Assembly (NCBI RefSeq): GCF_040938485.1
Contig: NW_027271121.1
Coordinates: 186,001-250,000, forward strand
From: Diadema antillarum
Lineage: Eukaryota
DNA: 64,000 nucleotides
Reading direction: 5' to 3'
A program made the position numbers and the translations under genes. The number at the start of each line of letters is the position of its first letter. The stretch's first letter is position 1. A model generated the notes under the pieces. The model made no database searches and was not told where the DNA came from. It was given only the letters and a program-made list of their open reading frames with translations. This document shows, piece by piece, positions 61,076 to 64,000 of this stretch.

Positions 61076-61644
61076 AGGACAAGTTTACCTTCATAAACAT
61101 AAGGATTGAGAGAATGCAGCAATATTAGTAGAACACATCAGTGAAAGTTTGAGGAAAATTGGACAATCGATGCAAAAGTTATGAATTTTTCAAATTTTTG
61201 TGTTGGAACCGCTGTATGAGGAGACTACTATAGCTATTGAGTCATATGCGTACAACAGTATAAAGAAAATGTAAAGAAAATTTAACATATTTTCACTTTT
61301 TTCGCATAATAAAAGAGCGCTTGACTTGCCTCTTTCTAAGGGCAGGGGGAATAATATAACCCATAACATAATGTCGGTAACGAGTCAAGGGAATGTGTAC
61401 TTTTTTCAAAAGATGAAATTTTGTGAAAATCTCTTTATATTTTCCTTATATTGTTGTACGCATGTGACATCTAAGTTATTCATACACTGCAGTAGTCTTC
61501 TCATCCAGCGGTTACTGCACAAAAACTTCAAAAATTCATAACTTTTGAACGGACTGTCTGATTTTCCTCAAACTTTCAATGATGTGTTCTACTAATATTG
61601 CTACATTCTCTCAATCCTTATGTTTATGAAGGTGGACTTGTCCT
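61076..61644. mobile_element. Kolobok-like TTAA MITE with long (about 120 bp) imperfect TIRs
   Basis: AGGACAAGTTTACCTTCATAAACATAAGGATTGAGAGAATG / CATTCTCTCAATCCTTATGTTTATGAAGGTGGACTTGTCCT; TTAA TSD. Confidence 0.85.
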
Positions 61645-62189
61645 TTAAAGTTAAGAGTGAGAACTCACTTGTAGATGTTTGTTTCAGTTTCTGGGATTGA
61701 TGTCTATCGAACAACAATCTTTCCAATGAAGAATAGAAAATGTGAAGATTAAGGGTCACGGTTCGTTGTCCACTGGAGGTCATGTCTCGAAAAAAAAAAA
61801 TCCAGTTTTAGTCTCAGCTGATGAGCTCGAATTCATTAAAAAAGAAGTTATGTCTTACTTTGTTTCTTTTTTTTTTAACATGAGTACCTATGCAAAAAAT
61901 CTTAGAAATCATCTCCAAGACAAAGTGAATAAAAACAAAAAACAAAAACAAAATCATAAACACAAAACCCCTGGAACAGTTGTAGACACAACAGGAGGGA
62001 GAAAACAAAAACAAGATAAAGGTATACTGCAGCAAGATATTATTTTGGTAGTTTGTTCTTTCTTTTTCAAGAATTATTTTTAAAAAACAAATCCTGGTAA
62101 AGCAATTAAACATAACTACGTCAGTTCTGTTCTTTGCATCTTGGCTTTTTCCTTTTTTTTTATCTGTTTTTTTTCCCCTCTATTTTAAG

Positions 62190-62240
62190 AGAGAGAGAAA
62201 GTGGGAGAATGGGAAGGTTACGAGTATCCTGGATTCGTGA
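62190..62240 (+). CDS. Possible terminal exon of the FAM227B-like gene (RERKWENGKVTSILDS*)
   Basis: Long pyrimidine tract ending TTTTAAG and a phase-0 open frame to TGA; alternative AGs give other frames. Confidence 0.35.
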   Translation, partial: RERKWENGKVTSILDS

Positions 62241-62630
62241 TGCATCCACTGATAGATCCACTGTGTCAAATTTCTCACTCAGTCGGGAAGACATTAAAAG
62301 TTGTGAGGAGAATGTCGCTGCATCATTTACTGGAATAAAAAGCAAAAAACATAGTCCCCGGGGGGAAATGAGAAGAAAGAGAATGATGCATGGCGAGGAG
62401 GAAGGAGAGAGGTGGAGAGAGGCCACCGCGGGATGTCTCAATGATATTCAGGCAGGAAGTATAGGTGTGATGGACAGAGAACCATGTTTGGAGGAGAATT
62501 ACAAAGTTAAACGCCAAAACAAAATAGCACAGATATCAATAACAATATCGATTGAAAAAAAAAAATGAAACATATGAAAGCACTGGATGGAAAGTGAGAG
62601 AGGAAGAGATGGATCAGCGAGAGAAAGAGG

Positions 62631-62661
<31 letters not shown>

Positions 62662-62764
62662 TGAAATATATCAAACATATTTTTAAAAGAGGATGATATG
62701 AACCAAAAATGGGGGTGGTAGAGATATGATTGAGTAGTATTTTTTTTTGTCAAGGTGGGATTAG

Positions 62765-63312
62765 AGGAGAATGATTCCCAAATATATATATATCTGGATT
62801 GATTGAATGCAGCAATATTGATAGAACACATCATTGAAGTCAGAGAAAAAGCGGACAACCTGTTCAAAGTTACAACTTTTTAAAGTTTAGGTGCTGCCAT
62901 TGTGGATGAGACAAGTGCAACATTTTGACGTAACACAATTGGACAATGATATAAAGAAAGAATACATAAAATTCAATGTTTTTATTCACTAGCACATTTA
63001 AAAAGCACTTGATTCACCTCCTCCAGAAAACAGGGGAAAGTAGATTACCCTTTATATCAGTAGCAAGAAAGGGAATGTGTACTTTCATAAAAAGTAAACT
63101 GTTGTGGAATTCTCTTTATATTTTCCTTTATTGTCTTCGCATTACTTCACAAATTGTTGTAATATTCTCATACAGTGTTAGCTGCACCGAAACATTAGAA
63201 ATTAATATTTTCTGCAGGGATGGTCAGATTTTCCTCAAACGTCACTGATGTTTTCTACTAAATATTGCCTCATTCATTCAAGAGATATTTATATATTGGG
63301 TTTTATTCCCCT
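62765..63312. mobile_element. Older relative of the 61076-61644 MITE
   Basis: Shared sub-terminal and interior sequence (GAATGCAGCAATATT...AGAACACATCA, GGGAATGTGTACTTT); ends CCCCT|TTAA. Confidence 0.7.
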
Positions 63313-64000
63313 TTAAATTCAGTCCTGTAGATAAGTCATCACATAGGAAAGGTAACTCCTTTGAGGCTGAAACAGGTGGGTGAGCAGCCACACGAATGTG
63401 AGACTGTCGAGAAGGGGATGGGGGAGTTGCTGAAGTCAAAAAAAGTACACTGGGAAGATGAGCTGCAGTTTAAGCCCTCATCACATTATTCCCAGGTGTC
63501 CAGGGACTCTGAACTGTAGGAGGCTCTTGCCTTCACTTGCAGGGCATCGTGGGAACTCGACGAGAGAAATGTATCCGGACCTGCCTTTGGCTCTGAATTG
63601 GGATGCCTTATATTCTCATGTCACATTGAACTCAAAGGACATGAGAGCTCTTTGCATATTAAACGGAGTAGGGGGATATATGGTGAATTCAATGTCATTA
63701 TTTTTTTCTCTGCACTTTTTTGGTATATTACGGAAACCAAGGATACATACCAGAATAGTCGACAATCTTAAAGTTACATAACAAGAAGTCGAGTGTAGTG
63801 CTTGGTCTTAATGCCAGATTACCATCCACTCACAGACTCTGAGGTATGTCCACAGTTGATGCACTTTCTGTAGATTACTGCATGACATAAGATTCAAACA
63901 TTGAATGAGAAAAGCAGAAGACATTGAGTAGATGCAGTCTGCACATCTAAAATCATCAACAGTCATTGACTCACTAATATCAGTAAGACGAGTTAACTTC

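Noticed and set aside
62134-62568. 144-aa ORF as an independent gene
   Set aside because: Begins in a pyrimidine tract and is purine-rich and low-complexity; at most part of a terminal exon or 3' UTR
1-64000. CRISPR array, rRNA, or autonomous transposase/reverse transcriptase
   Set aside because: No regularly spaced repeat-spacer array, no rRNA-like stretch, and no ORF with recognisable DDE, RT or Rep/Hel motifs

Overview
Eukaryotic (animal) genomic DNA, AT-rich and intron-rich; the repeat content suggests an invertebrate deuterostome such as a sea urchin (inference, not verified). There are two assembly gaps. Four protein-coding loci can be reconstructed by hand with phase-consistent GT-AG splicing: (1) a complete eEF1B-delta gene (EEF1D, + strand, 8 coding exons, 271 aa) starting at a TCT/5'TOP-like pyrimidine tract; (2) an uncharacterised 4-exon, about 259 aa coiled-coil gene on the - strand (19995-23582); (3) a Tctex1-domain dynein light chain with an uninterrupted CDS on the - strand (43653-44201); (4) a FAM227B-like gene on the + strand (46704 to at least 59312) whose N-terminal FWWh exons are not visible. 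The rest is dense with non-autonomous DNA elements: TTAA-targeting Kolobok-like and piggyBac-like MITEs, Harbinger-like, hAT-like and TA-targeting MITEs, Helentron-type HINEs and a long foldback. No CRISPR array, rRNA or intact tRNA gene was seen, and I cannot claim a wholly new biological system. The most interesting leads are candidate intronic snoRNAs in EEF1D, a foldback family carrying a tRNA-Thr-derived Pol III head, very small palindromic TTAA and hAT-like elements, and an RFX X-box region between two probable ciliary genes. All homology calls are from memory of the families; no database search was run.
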